64,000 nt of DNA from Planctomycetaceae bacterium (GTDB taxonomy: Bacteria; Planctomycetota; SZUA-567), in the NCBI GenBank assembly GCA_021203245.1, contig JAJQBO010000080.1, forward strand, positions 1 through 64,000, written 5' to 3'. Below the pieces are notes generated by a model, which did not search any database, was not told the origin of the DNA, and was given only the letters and a program-made list of their open reading frames with translations. This document shows positions 9,701 through 18,748 of this stretch, piece by piece. The position numbers and the translations under genes are program-made. The first letter of the stretch is position 1; every line of letters starts with the position of its first letter.

Positions 9701-11308
9701 TTGGCCCGCAAACGTAACCCGAAAAAAACAGAAACAACGGAAAAGGAATCGCCCGCCGAAACCAAAAAAACCCTGTCCGACGCCCATTCCCCGAAACGAC
9801 GGGTCTTGATGAACGTCCTGGACTCGGAACAGCTTCGCGTCGCCATCGCCGGTCCCGGCGGCTTGGAGGAGCTGTATATCGAGCGGTCGGCCAACGGTTT
9901 TGCCCACGGCAACATTTACAAGGGCAAGATTCAGAACATCGAGCCGACCCTGCAGGCGGCCTTTGTGGACATCGGCGGCGAGAAAAACGGGTTCCTTCAC
10001 GCTTCCGACGTCATCCCCCCCTTCGGCGGCTATGACGACGTCCTCAAGCGCCGCAAGCGGAAGGAAAAGACCAAAAGCGGCAGGCCTGCCATCGAGGACA
10101 TGCTCTACAAGGGACAGGAAGTCCTGGTGCAGATTACCCGCGAGCAGCTTGCGAACAAGGGCCCCAGCCTCACCACCTACATCTCCCTGCCCGGCCGCTA
10201 CCTCGTCCTCATGCCCGCCGTGTCGAAGCGCGGCGTGTCGAAGAAAATTTCCGACGACCGCGAGCGGCACTCCCTCAAAAACATCCTTGATCAGCTCGAG
10301 CCGCCCCGCGACATGGGCTACATCATCCGCACCGCCGGCATGGGCCACGGCAAAGAGGAACTGCAGAAAGACTTGGGCAGCCTCACCCGCCTCTGGGACG
10401 CCATCAAGGAACAGGCCCGCAACTCGAAGCCGCCCCTCGCCCTCTACCAGGAGTCGGATCTGGTGGTCCGCGCCGTCAGGGACTTTATCTACGACGATGT
10501 CGAGGAAATCATCCTGGACAGCCGCGAGGCGTTCGAACAGGCCAAGACCTTCCTCGACGCGTTTATGCCCGAATTCACCGATCGGCTGTATTTGTACGAA
10601 GACGGCGAGCCGATTTTCGACAGGTATGGGGTCGAGCAGTCAATCGAACGCACCTTCGACCGTTCGGTCCGGCTGCCCTCGGGCGGCGAGATCGTCATTG
10701 AACAAACCGAGGCACTGGTCGCCATCGACGTCAATACCGGCCGGTTCCGGAAAGGCGATTCGACCCGCGAGACCATCCTGGCGATGAACAAGGAAGCCGC
10801 GGCCGAAGCGGCCCGGCAACTCCGCCTGCGCGACCTGGGCGGGTTGGTGATGCTGGACTTTATCGATATGGACTCCGCCGCCGATCGCCGCGCCGTCGAG
10901 GAGGCGTTCCGCGCCGCGACCAAGCGAGACCGCGCCCGCACCACCATCCTGCCGATTTCACAACTCGGCGTAATGGAGATGACGAGGCAGCGCATCCGGC
11001 AGAGCGTGAAAAAGACCCTCTACACCCCCTGCCCCTGTTGCGACGGCACCGGTATCCGCAAGTCGACGGACGTGCTTGGGCTGGAGTTCCTCCGCAAGGT
11101 TCGGGGCTTTTACGACGACCACCACGGGAACGTCACCGTGCGCATGCATCCCGAAGCCGCCCTCGCCCTCGCCAACTCGAAGCGCGCCGCCATCGCCCAG
11201 ATGGAGGAGGAGAAGAAGGCGACCATCACCATCGCCGCCGACCCCCGCCTCACCTACGGCGACATCGAACTCGACTTCGACGACAAGGAACAGGCCGGGG
11301 CGCACTGA
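9701..11308 (+). CDS. rng: ribonuclease E/G family protein (RNase G-like)
   Basis: S1 domain GNIYKGKIQNIEPTLQAAFVDIGGEKNGFLH; catalytic core ...ALVAIDVNTGRF...; Zn-link CPCCDGTG. I chose TTG 9701, which has GGAGAGG 7 nt upstream. ATG 9809 (MNVLDSEQ) is the conservative alternative. Confidence 0.85.
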   Translation: MARKRNPKKTETTEKESPAETKKTLSDAHSPKRRVLMNVLDSEQLRVAIAGPGGLEELYIERSANGFAHGNIYKGKIQNIEPTLQAAFVDIGGEKNGFLHASDVIPPFGGYDDVLKRRKRKEKTKSGRPAIEDMLYKGQEVLVQITREQLANKGPSLTTYISLPGRYLVLMPAVSKRGVSKKISDDRERHSLKNILDQLEPPRDMGYIIRTAGMGHGKEELQKDLGSLTRLWDAIKEQARNSKPPLALYQESDLVVRAVRDFIYDDVEEIILDSREAFEQAKTFLDAFMPEFTDRLYLYEDGEPIFDRYGVEQSIERTFDRSVRLPSGGEIVIEQTEALVAIDVNTGRFRKGDSTRETILAMNKEAAAEAARQLRLRDLGGLVMLDFIDMDSAADRRAVEEAFRAATKRDRARTTILPISQLGVMEMTRQRIRQSVKKTLYTPCPCCDGTGIRKSTDVLGLEFLRKVRGFYDDHHGNVTVRMHPEAALALANSKRAAIAQMEEEKKATITIAADPRLTYGDIELDFDDKEQAGAH

Positions 11309-11445
11309 TTCTTCAGCCGGGGTGTAACTTCCGCATGTCCCGGTATAAACTTCTTCCAGACCGCCGTCCGGTCCGTTATACTTTTTAACCACCCCCGGGC
11401 GGGTTGCAGTTCCGGCCCGGCGGTGTCCAGGAGGCAAGGCAAGGC

Positions 11446-11988
11446 GTGGACATCACCATTCGCAGGGCGCGACTCCCTGACGTCGCCAAACTGGTCGAAC
11501 TGACGCGGGAATTCGGCCAGGAGGGGATTATGATTCCCCTCTCCATCGGCGACACCATAGAACGCCTCCGGTCCTTTCTCGTCGCCCAGACCCCGGACGG
11601 AACCATCGTCGGCTGCGTCGCCGTCGACGCCACCTGGGAGTATCTGGTGGAGATCCGGTCCCTGGCGGTGAGCCGGACCCTGCATGCCCACGGCATCGGC
11701 CGCATACTGATGCGGGCCGCGCTCGAGGACGCCCGCGAATTCGGGGCAAAGGAAGTGTTTACCCTCACCTATGTGCCGGAGTTTTTCAAGCGCTTTGGCT
11801 TCGCGCTGGTGCCCCGCGACTCCCTCCCGCACAAGGTCTGGCTGGTGTGCGTGAAGTGTCCGCGCTTTCCCGATTGCGGCGAAGTGCCGATGAAGCTCTA
11901 CCTGGACGAGGAAGCGGAACGAGACGCCACCCGGCGTAAATCCCTTCGCTCGGTCTACCGTCAGAGCGGGGAATCGGAAAAACAGTAA
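11446..11988 (+). CDS. GNAT-family N-acetyltransferase (short ArgA/NAGS-like)
   Basis: Acetyl-CoA motif RSLAVSRTLHAHGIGRILM, plus the C-terminal PHKVWLVCVKCPRFPDC typical of the COG1246-type. GTG start 11446 follows GGAGG; TTG 11404 is an alternative. Confidence 0.7.
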   Translation: MDITIRRARLPDVAKLVELTREFGQEGIMIPLSIGDTIERLRSFLVAQTPDGTIVGCVAVDATWEYLVEIRSLAVSRTLHAHGIGRILMRAALEDAREFGAKEVFTLTYVPEFFKRFGFALVPRDSLPHKVWLVCVKCPRFPDCGEVPMKLYLDEEAERDATRRKSLRSVYRQSGESEKQ

Positions 11989-12001
11989 CACAGCATAAGG
12001 T

Positions 12002-13039
12002 ATGAGCATTATGCCAAGTTTTGCAGTGACGGTGCGCTACGGCCTCATGGCCACCACCGAAAGATTCGCGGCGGAAACGGACGATTTCCGCACCGAGGAC
12101 GAAGTGATTGTCCGCACCGCGAGGGGCATCGACGTCGGCGTCGCCATGGGCAAGGCCAGGCCGCTGGCGGAAAACGAGGAAACGCAGGGCGAATTGCTCC
12201 GCGTCGCCAACGAGGCCGACCAGAGTATCCTCACCCATATTCGCGAGACAAAGGAACCGGAAGAGTTCGTCACCTGCCAGGAATGCATCCGCGAGCGCGG
12301 CCTGCCGATGCGCCTCGTGGGGGTGGAGCACCTCTTCTCCGGCGACAAGATAATCTTTTACTTCCTTGCCGAGAACCGGGTCGATTTCCGTGAACTCGTC
12401 AAGGAACTGGCGCGCCGCTACCGCACCCGCATCGAGATGCGGCAAATCGGCGTCCGCGACGAGGCCAGGCTGCTGGCCGATTACGAGCACTGCGGCAGGG
12501 AACTCTGTTGCCGGACCTTTATCCGCAATCTCGAGCCGGTGACGATGCGCATGGCGAAGATGCAGAAGACCACCCTCGATCCGTCGAAAATTTCCGGCCA
12601 CTGCGGCAGGCTGATGTGCTGCCTCCGCTTCGAGGACGAAGTCTATTCGACCCTCCAGGCCGAACTGCCGGCACGGGGCGCGGTGTGCGTGACGGCGAAT
12701 TTCACGGGCGAAGTCGTTTCCTGCGACATGTTCAGGCAGGAGGCGGTGCTGGTGTTGCCGGACGGCAGCTTCGAGACCATCAAGATTTCGGACATCACGG
12801 AAATCCAGGGCCGCCGGTCTAGAGGCTCAACCATGCCCGGCGCAGGCCGCAACGACGGCAACCGTTCGAGCGGCCGGTACCGGAACTCGGACAGCGTGCG
12901 CCGCGGCGGCGGCGGCAGGCCCGACCGGTCGAACCGGCGGGAGCGTGACACCCAGGCCGAGGCCGCTCCGTCCGCGCCGCCGCCCGAGCCGCCCGCAGCG
13001 CCGGAGCCGCCGCGCGCGCCGGACGAACCAACGACATAA
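12002..13039 (+). CDS. PSP1 domain protein (YaaT/RicT-like) with Arg/Gly/Pro-rich tail
   Basis: PSP1 C-terminal domain: DKIIFYFLAENRVDFRELVKELARRYRTRIEMRQIGVRDEA...CGRELCCRTF...GHCGRLMCCLRFE. The last ~90 aa are low-complexity R/G/S/P. Confidence 0.85.
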   Translation: MSIMPSFAVTVRYGLMATTERFAAETDDFRTEDEVIVRTARGIDVGVAMGKARPLAENEETQGELLRVANEADQSILTHIRETKEPEEFVTCQECIRERGLPMRLVGVEHLFSGDKIIFYFLAENRVDFRELVKELARRYRTRIEMRQIGVRDEARLLADYEHCGRELCCRTFIRNLEPVTMRMAKMQKTTLDPSKISGHCGRLMCCLRFEDEVYSTLQAELPARGAVCVTANFTGEVVSCDMFRQEAVLVLPDGSFETIKISDITEIQGRRSRGSTMPGAGRNDGNRSSGRYRNSDSVRRGGGGRPDRSNRRERDTQAEAAPSAPPPEPPAAPEPPRAPDEPTT

Positions 13040-13076
13040 ACCGTCCCCGCTTTCCGGGACGGGACAAGGAACACTG

Positions 13077-13511
13077 ATGACAGATACCATGACCCCGGAA
13101 CAGGTTCGGGAACGCATTGTCCATGTCGCGGTCGAGGACGGCCGCTACGACCCCGCCGCCTTCTTTTTCGTGAACGAGGCGGTGGCGGCGGCGGTGAAAT
13201 GGCTGAAGTCGGGCGAAATGAAACCGCGCGACGTTTCCCCCACCCGCGGCGAAGACGGCGTCAACTTCCACATCTCCGGCTACGAACTTCTGGAGGCGTT
13301 CCGCCGCCTCGCCCGCGAGCGCTGGGGCTGTCTGGCCCGCACCGTGCTGGAGAGTTGGGGCGTGCACCGCACCGACGACGTGGGGGAAATCGTCTTTCTC
13401 ATGGTCAACGACGAAAAGCTTGAGTGGAAGCGCCGCGAGACGGACACCAAAGCGGAGTTTGCCGGCGTTTATTCTTTTCGGGATGCTTTCGATGTTTTTG
13501 ATTCGCAGTAG
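13077..13511 (+). CDS. conserved hypothetical protein (144 aa)
   Basis: Third codon positions are strongly G/C. The ATG follows the PSP1 gene by 38 nt. I recognise no domain with confidence; it resembles a small family restricted to PVC-group bacteria, but this is unverified. Confidence 0.6.
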   Translation: MTDTMTPEQVRERIVHVAVEDGRYDPAAFFFVNEAVAAAVKWLKSGEMKPRDVSPTRGEDGVNFHISGYELLEAFRRLARERWGCLARTVLESWGVHRTDDVGEIVFLMVNDEKLEWKRRETDTKAEFAGVYSFRDAFDVFDSQ

Positions 13512-13520
13512 TTTGCGCTA

Positions 13521-13631
13521 ATTCATAATTCATAATTCACAATTATGATACAATGCAGCAATTCACAATGTACCGACAAAATATGAATGGGTGGTTGATC
13601 ATTGTGAATTGTGAATTGTGCATTGTGAATT
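13521..13631. repeat. inverted arrays of AT-rich heptamers (4x ATTCAYA, then 4x TGTGMAT)
   Basis: ATTCATA at 13521, ATTCATA at 13528, ATTCACA at 13535 and ATTCACA at 13561. On the opposite orientation, TGTGAAT at 13603, TGTGAAT at 13610, TGTGCAT at 13617 and TGTGAAT at 13624. Together they fill the spacer before the phosphatase gene. Confidence 0.85.
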
Positions 13632-13646
13632 AAAAAAGAGGTTTTT

Positions 13647-14117
13647 ATGCCCGGCAACTTCTCCTTCCTCATCCCCGGCAAGCTCGCCGGCTGCGCCCAG
13701 CCCGGGCGGTTTTCGGACCTGCGGTCCGATCTCTCCGGGTTGTCCCGGCAGGGCATCGGGGTCATCGTCTCCCTCACCGAAACGCCGCTCGATCCGGCGG
13801 CGATTCGGGACTATGATTTCCTCAGCCTGCACCTGCCGGTGGCGGACTACACCCCGCCGTCCCGGACGCAGATTCGCCGCTTCGTCGAGTTCACCCACCA
13901 ATGCATCACCGACGGCCGGGCGGTGGTGGTGCATTGCACCGCCGGGATGGGCCGCACCGGCACCATGCTCGCCTGTTTCCTGGTGAGCCAGGGCATGTCG
14001 GCCAGCGACGCCGTCCTCACCGTGCGCCAGGCGCGGCCCGGTTCAATCGAAACGGCCGAGCAGGAGCGGTGCATCCTCGATTTCGCCCGCACCGTCAAGA
14101 AGAAGAAAAAACGCTGA
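13647..14117 (+). CDS. dual-specificity / Cys-based protein phosphatase
   Basis: The HCX5R active-site loop VVVHCTAGMGRTGTMLACFLV is present. 156 aa. Confidence 0.85.
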   Translation: MPGNFSFLIPGKLAGCAQPGRFSDLRSDLSGLSRQGIGVIVSLTETPLDPAAIRDYDFLSLHLPVADYTPPSRTQIRRFVEFTHQCITDGRAVVVHCTAGMGRTGTMLACFLVSQGMSASDAVLTVRQARPGSIETAEQERCILDFARTVKKKKKR

Positions 14118-14226
14118 CCGCCCGGCGAAACATTGTGCGGCGCCGTGTTTTTTATCATAATAAGGACATCCACGCCGCGCGTCCGCGTTGATGTGACGAC
14201 AGACTTTATTTCAGGAAAGGGTAACC

Positions 14227-15474
14227 GTGGCCGACTCAGTAGAACTTCCGGATATGGAGAAGGATCTGGATTTCGCCACCCTCGCCATAGCCCACCGGGT
14301 TCTTACCCGCGAGCAGCTCGAGGAGGCCGAACGCACCATCAACCGGGAAGCCGAAGCGGGCAAGCCGCGCCGGCCAGTCGAGGATGTCCTGCTCGAGAAA
14401 GGCGTCCTCAAATCGGACCAGGTCTGGGCCGTCTACAAGGCCAAGGAACGCCTGATCCGCGACGCCCGCGCCCGGGGCCAGCGCATCGGCGGCTACGAAA
14501 TCATGGGCAAGCTCGGCGAAGGCGGCCTGGGCGTCGTCTATAAGGCGCGGCAGTTGTCCATGGGCCGCATCGTCGCCCTGAAGGTGTTGCACGAACGCTG
14601 GGTCACGGACGACGAATTCCGCAAGCGCTTCCTCGTCGAAGCCAGGCTCGTCGGCCGGCTGTCCCACCCCAACCTCATCCAGGTCATCGACGTCGGCCGC
14701 TACAAGTCGACCCTGTACTTCTCCATGGAGTTTGTCGACGGCGAGGCGGTCGACGCCATCCTCGACCGCGAGGGCAGGATGGACCTCCAGTCCACCGTCT
14801 CCATCGCCATCCAGGTCGCGAGCGCGCTCGAATATCTGCACCAGCGCCGCATCGTCCACCGCGACGTCAAGCCAGGCAACATCATGGTCACCAAGGGCGG
14901 CATCGCCAAGCTGGGCGATTTCGGCTTTGTCAAGTCGAGCCTCGAATCCGTCCTGTCCACCGAAGGGGAAGTCCTCGGCACGCCCGACTACATCTCCCCC
15001 GAGGCGGCGCGGGGCGAGAAAAACCTCGATTTCCGCTCCGACCTCTATTCCCTCGGCACCACCCTCTACCACATGCTGACCGGCAACCCGCCCTTCGGCG
15101 GCAGCGTCTCCGACGTCATGGACCAGCACATCAAGTCGGAGCCGAAGTCCATCTCCTCCATCACCAAGGACCTCCCCCCCAAGATGATCGAGGTGGTGGA
15201 AAAGCTGATGAAAAAGCGGCCCGCCGACCGGTACCAGAATTTCTCCGAACTCCTGAACGATCTGGACGAAGTGCGCCGCGCAGCCAAGTCGCCGGTCGTC
15301 TCCACCGGCATGCCGAGCGCCAGCGTCGCGACAATGGCCCGATCCAGCGGCCCGGCGGATTCGTCCCTGGCCAAATCCGTCGCCCCCCTCAAGACCAGCC
15401 TGTATGTCGTCGGCGGGTTGCTGGTTGTGGCGGTGGCGGTTATCATTTATTTGCTGGTTTTCAAGCAGGGTTGA
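14227..15474 (+). CDS. Hanks-type serine/threonine protein kinase with C-terminal TM anchor
   Basis: G-loop GKLGEGGLGVVYKA, VALK, catalytic loop HRDVKPGNIM, DFG, SPE. The C-terminal hydrophobic segment is LYVVGGLLVVAVAVIIYLLVF. The start is GTG. Confidence 0.9.
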   Translation: MADSVELPDMEKDLDFATLAIAHRVLTREQLEEAERTINREAEAGKPRRPVEDVLLEKGVLKSDQVWAVYKAKERLIRDARARGQRIGGYEIMGKLGEGGLGVVYKARQLSMGRIVALKVLHERWVTDDEFRKRFLVEARLVGRLSHPNLIQVIDVGRYKSTLYFSMEFVDGEAVDAILDREGRMDLQSTVSIAIQVASALEYLHQRRIVHRDVKPGNIMVTKGGIAKLGDFGFVKSSLESVLSTEGEVLGTPDYISPEAARGEKNLDFRSDLYSLGTTLYHMLTGNPPFGGSVSDVMDQHIKSEPKSISSITKDLPPKMIEVVEKLMKKRPADRYQNFSELLNDLDEVRRAAKSPVVSTGMPSASVATMARSSGPADSSLAKSVAPLKTSLYVVGGLLVVAVAVIIYLLVFKQG

Positions 15475-15500
15475 CCGTTCCGGCACGACAAAAAACAAAA

Positions 15501-15528
15501 GGGGGAAGAGACCAATATCTCTTCCCCC
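15501..15528 (-). terminator. intrinsic terminator between convergent genes
   Basis: GGGGGAAGAG-loop-CTCTTCCCCC. On the minus strand it is followed by TTTTGTTTTT, so it terminates the 15624-15905 gene. It may also stop the kinase transcript. Confidence 0.7.
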
Positions 15529-15623
15529 GCTCTATAAACCCGCGCCGGGGACGATACCGTCCTTCCGTCACACGGGTTGGAGAGAGAGAGTTCATGCGCC
15601 TGACGCGCCCTCCCCGACCCTGT

Positions 15624-15905
15624 TCAGTCGTAGATGGGAGCGGCGTATTTGAGGGCGCGACGGTAACTGACGCCGCTGCCGCCGGTGGCGAGGCTGGGCT
15701 GGTCAACCACATCGTAGCGGCCGGCATCGGTCTCGGGCATGGAATAGGCGCGGCTGGCGGTCATGCCGCCTTCGCTCAGGGTTGACTGATCAACGACGTC
15801 GGCGCGGCCGTAGTCGTCCTCGGGCATGGCGAAGTCCTGGGCAAAGACCCCGATGGACAGGCCGATGGCGGCAAGGCCGGCAAGCAGTACGGATTTCTTG
15901 AACAT
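15624..15905 (-). CDS. small secreted protein with an internal tandem repeat
   Basis: Signal peptide MFKKSVLLAGLAAIGLSIGVFAQ. Two ~25-aa repeats follow: MPEDDYGRADVVDQSTLSEGG and MPETDAGRYDVVDQPSLATGG. Confidence 0.6.
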   Translation of the reverse strand: MFKKSVLLAGLAAIGLSIGVFAQDFAMPEDDYGRADVVDQSTLSEGGMTASRAYSMPETDAGRYDVVDQPSLATGGSGVSYRRALKYAAPIYD

Positions 15906-16142
15906 GGACGTTCCTCCTGGGAAATATCGTGGGCGGCCGCGGAAAATCGTATCGACGCCAGTGCCGCCATATAATAATTAACGCTATACAAACGCTGCGG
16001 GTTTATCTCCCCGTTCTTTTATTTGCTATCCCGCAGGCCGGTTTATCATTTGGACTTATCCATAATTTCGCAGCGTTTCAGAGCGAATTTCCGCCCTCGA
16101 TACAGTGTATTTACGCGCAGTACAGGTTAGAATACACGGGAG

Positions 16143-17055
16143 ATGGACATGAACAGACGCGATTTTCTCAAAAGTTGCCTGGCCGCCGGCGTCGGCCTCG
16201 GCATGGCGAGGATCCCCCTCCTTGGAACCGCTTCGGCCGGCGAGGCCGGGCTTCCCGATATCGTGGCTGTCCGTAACGGCGAACCGGACAAGATGTTCGA
16301 CGCCGGCATCGCCGCCATGGGCGGGATGGGCCGCTTTGTCAAGCCGGGCCAGGTGGTCGCCCTCAAGCCGAACATCTCATGGGACGTCCCGGTGGAGATG
16401 GCCGCCAACACCCACCCGGCCCTGGTGAACCGGGTCGCCCGTCATTGCCTGGAAGCTGGTGCCAAAGAGGTGCTTGTCTTCGACAATACCATCGAATACT
16501 GGCAGCGTTGTTATGAATCGAGCGGCATCCGCGCCGCGTCCGTCGACGCCGGGGCGCGCATCGCGCCGGCCGAGGCGGAACGGTACTATGTCAAGCAAGA
16601 CGTCGGCGGCACGAGGCTGGGGTCTGTCCTCGTCCACGAGGCGGTGTTGGAGGCGGACGTCCTGATCAGCCTGCCGGGTCCTCAAGCACCACGGCGGCGC
16701 CGGCCTTACCGGCGGCATCAAGAACTTCATGGGCGCGGTCTGGGACCGCAACTTCTACCATTCTCGCGGCCTGGCCCAATGCATCGCCGACTTTCTGCTT
16801 GTCCGTAAACCCGATCTGACCGTCATCGACGCCTACCGCGTCCTGACCGGCAACGGTCCCCGGAGCCGCAACCCGGCCGACGTCAGCCTGATGAAGATGC
16901 AGATCCTCTCCACCGACGTCGTCGCGGCAGACGCTTCGGGGGCGCGCCTCCTCGGCCGCAAACCGGAGGATTACAAACACCTGCGCATCGCCGGCGCCAT
17001 GGGATTCGGCACCCTCGCTCCCGAGTCGCTTGTGTCGCGGCGCATTTCGTTGTAA
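16143..17055 (+). pseudogene. Tat-signal DUF362-domain protein, frameshifted
   Basis: Twin-arginine leader MNRRDFLKSCLAAGVGLGMA. The DUF362 body breaks at CCGGGTC (G run 16676-16678). With one G fewer it reads ISLPVLKHHGGAGLTGGIKNFMGAVWDRNFYH and joins the 16729-17055 frame. Confidence 0.75.
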
Positions 17056-17069
17056 AGGATTATTCATCC

Positions 17070-18530
17070 ATGCGCACCCTCGCCCGCTGGCGATTCGCCA
17101 TCGTTCTGGTCCTCCTGTGCCTGTTCGTTTTCCTCTTTGCCGTCGACGGCCACGATTGGCTGTGGCCGCGGAAGGCGGCCCTGGGGCCGCACGTCTCTAC
17201 CGCGACGACCTTCTGGTGGCACAAGGTTGTCGTCGGCCTCGCCATCCTCGTCCTCACCGCCGTGTTCGGGCGCTGGTATTGCTCGCTCCTCTGCCCCGCC
17301 GGCCTGGTGCAGGAGGTTTTTTCCCGCCTGGGGAAACGGCTTGGCCTGTCGCGGGTGCGCCACCGGCCCGGCACCCTCGCCGGGACGGCGAGACCGGTGC
17401 TGATGCTCCTTTTCGTCGTCGGTTTCGCCTGCATCGGCAACCTCGCCCCCCTCGATAACATGGACCCGATCGGGCTGTTCGGCCGCCTCGCCGTCGCCAC
17501 CGGCGATGCCGCCGCCTCGGCGCAGAGCGGCAGGTGGGAATACGACGCCCTGTACCTGCTCGTTTTCGCCATCGCCGCTATCATGCTGGTGGTGACGCCG
17601 CTGTTTCTCGGCCGCTGGTTCTGCGCCACCTTATGCCCGGTGTCCGGGCTGTTCCACCTCTTTGGCAAACCGCCCGGGAAGCGCATCATCATCGACCGGG
17701 AAAAATGCGTTTCGTGCGGGAAATGTGGATCGGTGTGCCCGGTTGGCTGCGCCGATCCCGTCGGCAAATCGGTCGACGATCAGCGCTGCGTCCTCTGCCT
17801 CGAATGCGCCGCCGCCTGCCCGGTTGACGCCATCGCCTACGGCCGCCCCGACAGCGTCCACCGCAATCGCCGCGTCTTCCTGGACGCCGCCGCCGCGGCT
17901 GCGGCGACCGCCGCGTTTGTTTCGGCCCGGTCAATCGGACCGGCGCTCGGGCTGCCGATACGGGATCCCCTTGTCGTCCCGCCCGGATCGGGCGGCGATA
18001 CCCGCCACCGCAGCCGCTGCGTCACCTGCCAGGCCTGCGTCCGCGCCTGCCCGGTCGGCATCATCCGGCCGCAGGGCGATGCTCGCCGCCCCGGCCTCGA
18101 TTTTTCCCGGGGCTATTGCCAATACAATTGCACCGCCTGCGCCTCGTCCTGCCCGGCCGGGGTGTTCGAGCCGATTGCGCTCCAGGACAAGCACCGCACC
18201 CGCATCGCCACCACCCATCTCGTCCTGCCGAACTGCGTCGTGATCACCAAACACCAGGAGTGCGGCGCCTGCGCCGAGGTCTGCCCGACCCACGCCGTCA
18301 TCATGAAGGCGCGCGGCCCGGGTCAGCCCACTATCCCCGATTTCGACCCCGACTACTGCATCGGCTGCGGCGCGTGCTACCACGTCTGCCCTGCCGCTCC
18401 CCGGGCGTTCTCGGTCACCGGTCTTGCCGTACACGAGCGCTCGCAGGGCGTGCGAATCGTCTCTTCCGGCGAAGCGACTCCCGCCCTGCCGCCTCCGGAC
18501 GCCGGCGGCTTGACGGAGTTTCCCTTCTAG
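17070..18530 (+). CDS. membrane-bound polyferredoxin (NapH/NosR-like 4Fe-4S protein)
   Basis: The N-terminal TM helices carry CSLLCPAG and FCATLCPVSG. Multiple CxxCxxCxxxCP motifs follow: CVSCGKCGSVCP, CVLCLECAAACP, CVTCQACVRACP, CGACAEVCP and CIGCGACYHVCP. Confidence 0.85.
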   Translation: MRTLARWRFAIVLVLLCLFVFLFAVDGHDWLWPRKAALGPHVSTATTFWWHKVVVGLAILVLTAVFGRWYCSLLCPAGLVQEVFSRLGKRLGLSRVRHRPGTLAGTARPVLMLLFVVGFACIGNLAPLDNMDPIGLFGRLAVATGDAAASAQSGRWEYDALYLLVFAIAAIMLVVTPLFLGRWFCATLCPVSGLFHLFGKPPGKRIIIDREKCVSCGKCGSVCPVGCADPVGKSVDDQRCVLCLECAAACPVDAIAYGRPDSVHRNRRVFLDAAAAAAATAAFVSARSIGPALGLPIRDPLVVPPGSGGDTRHRSRCVTCQACVRACPVGIIRPQGDARRPGLDFSRGYCQYNCTACASSCPAGVFEPIALQDKHRTRIATTHLVLPNCVVITKHQECGACAEVCPTHAVIMKARGPGQPTIPDFDPDYCIGCGACYHVCPAAPRAFSVTGLAVHERSQGVRIVSSGEATPALPPPDAGGLTEFPF

Positions 18531-18748
18531 GCCGGATAACGGTCGTACCCTATTTTCCCTCACTCCATATCCCATTCTTAACTCCCGCCAATACATTTAA
18601 TCTTATGCCGGTTTTCCTCGCGGCATCCAACACCTACCGGAAATATCACCGCATTGTGGCTGAAAATGAAAATTGCGAGGCGGATGCGAGCAGCAAAGCG
18701 ATAGTCCTTGATAGAGTCGAAGCGCTAACGAATCACCAATTAGCGTTT

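Noticed and set aside
13521-13631. A CRISPR array or a minisatellite.
   Set aside because: The units are 7 nt with no spacers, only eight copies, arranged as inverted arrays. No cas genes are present.
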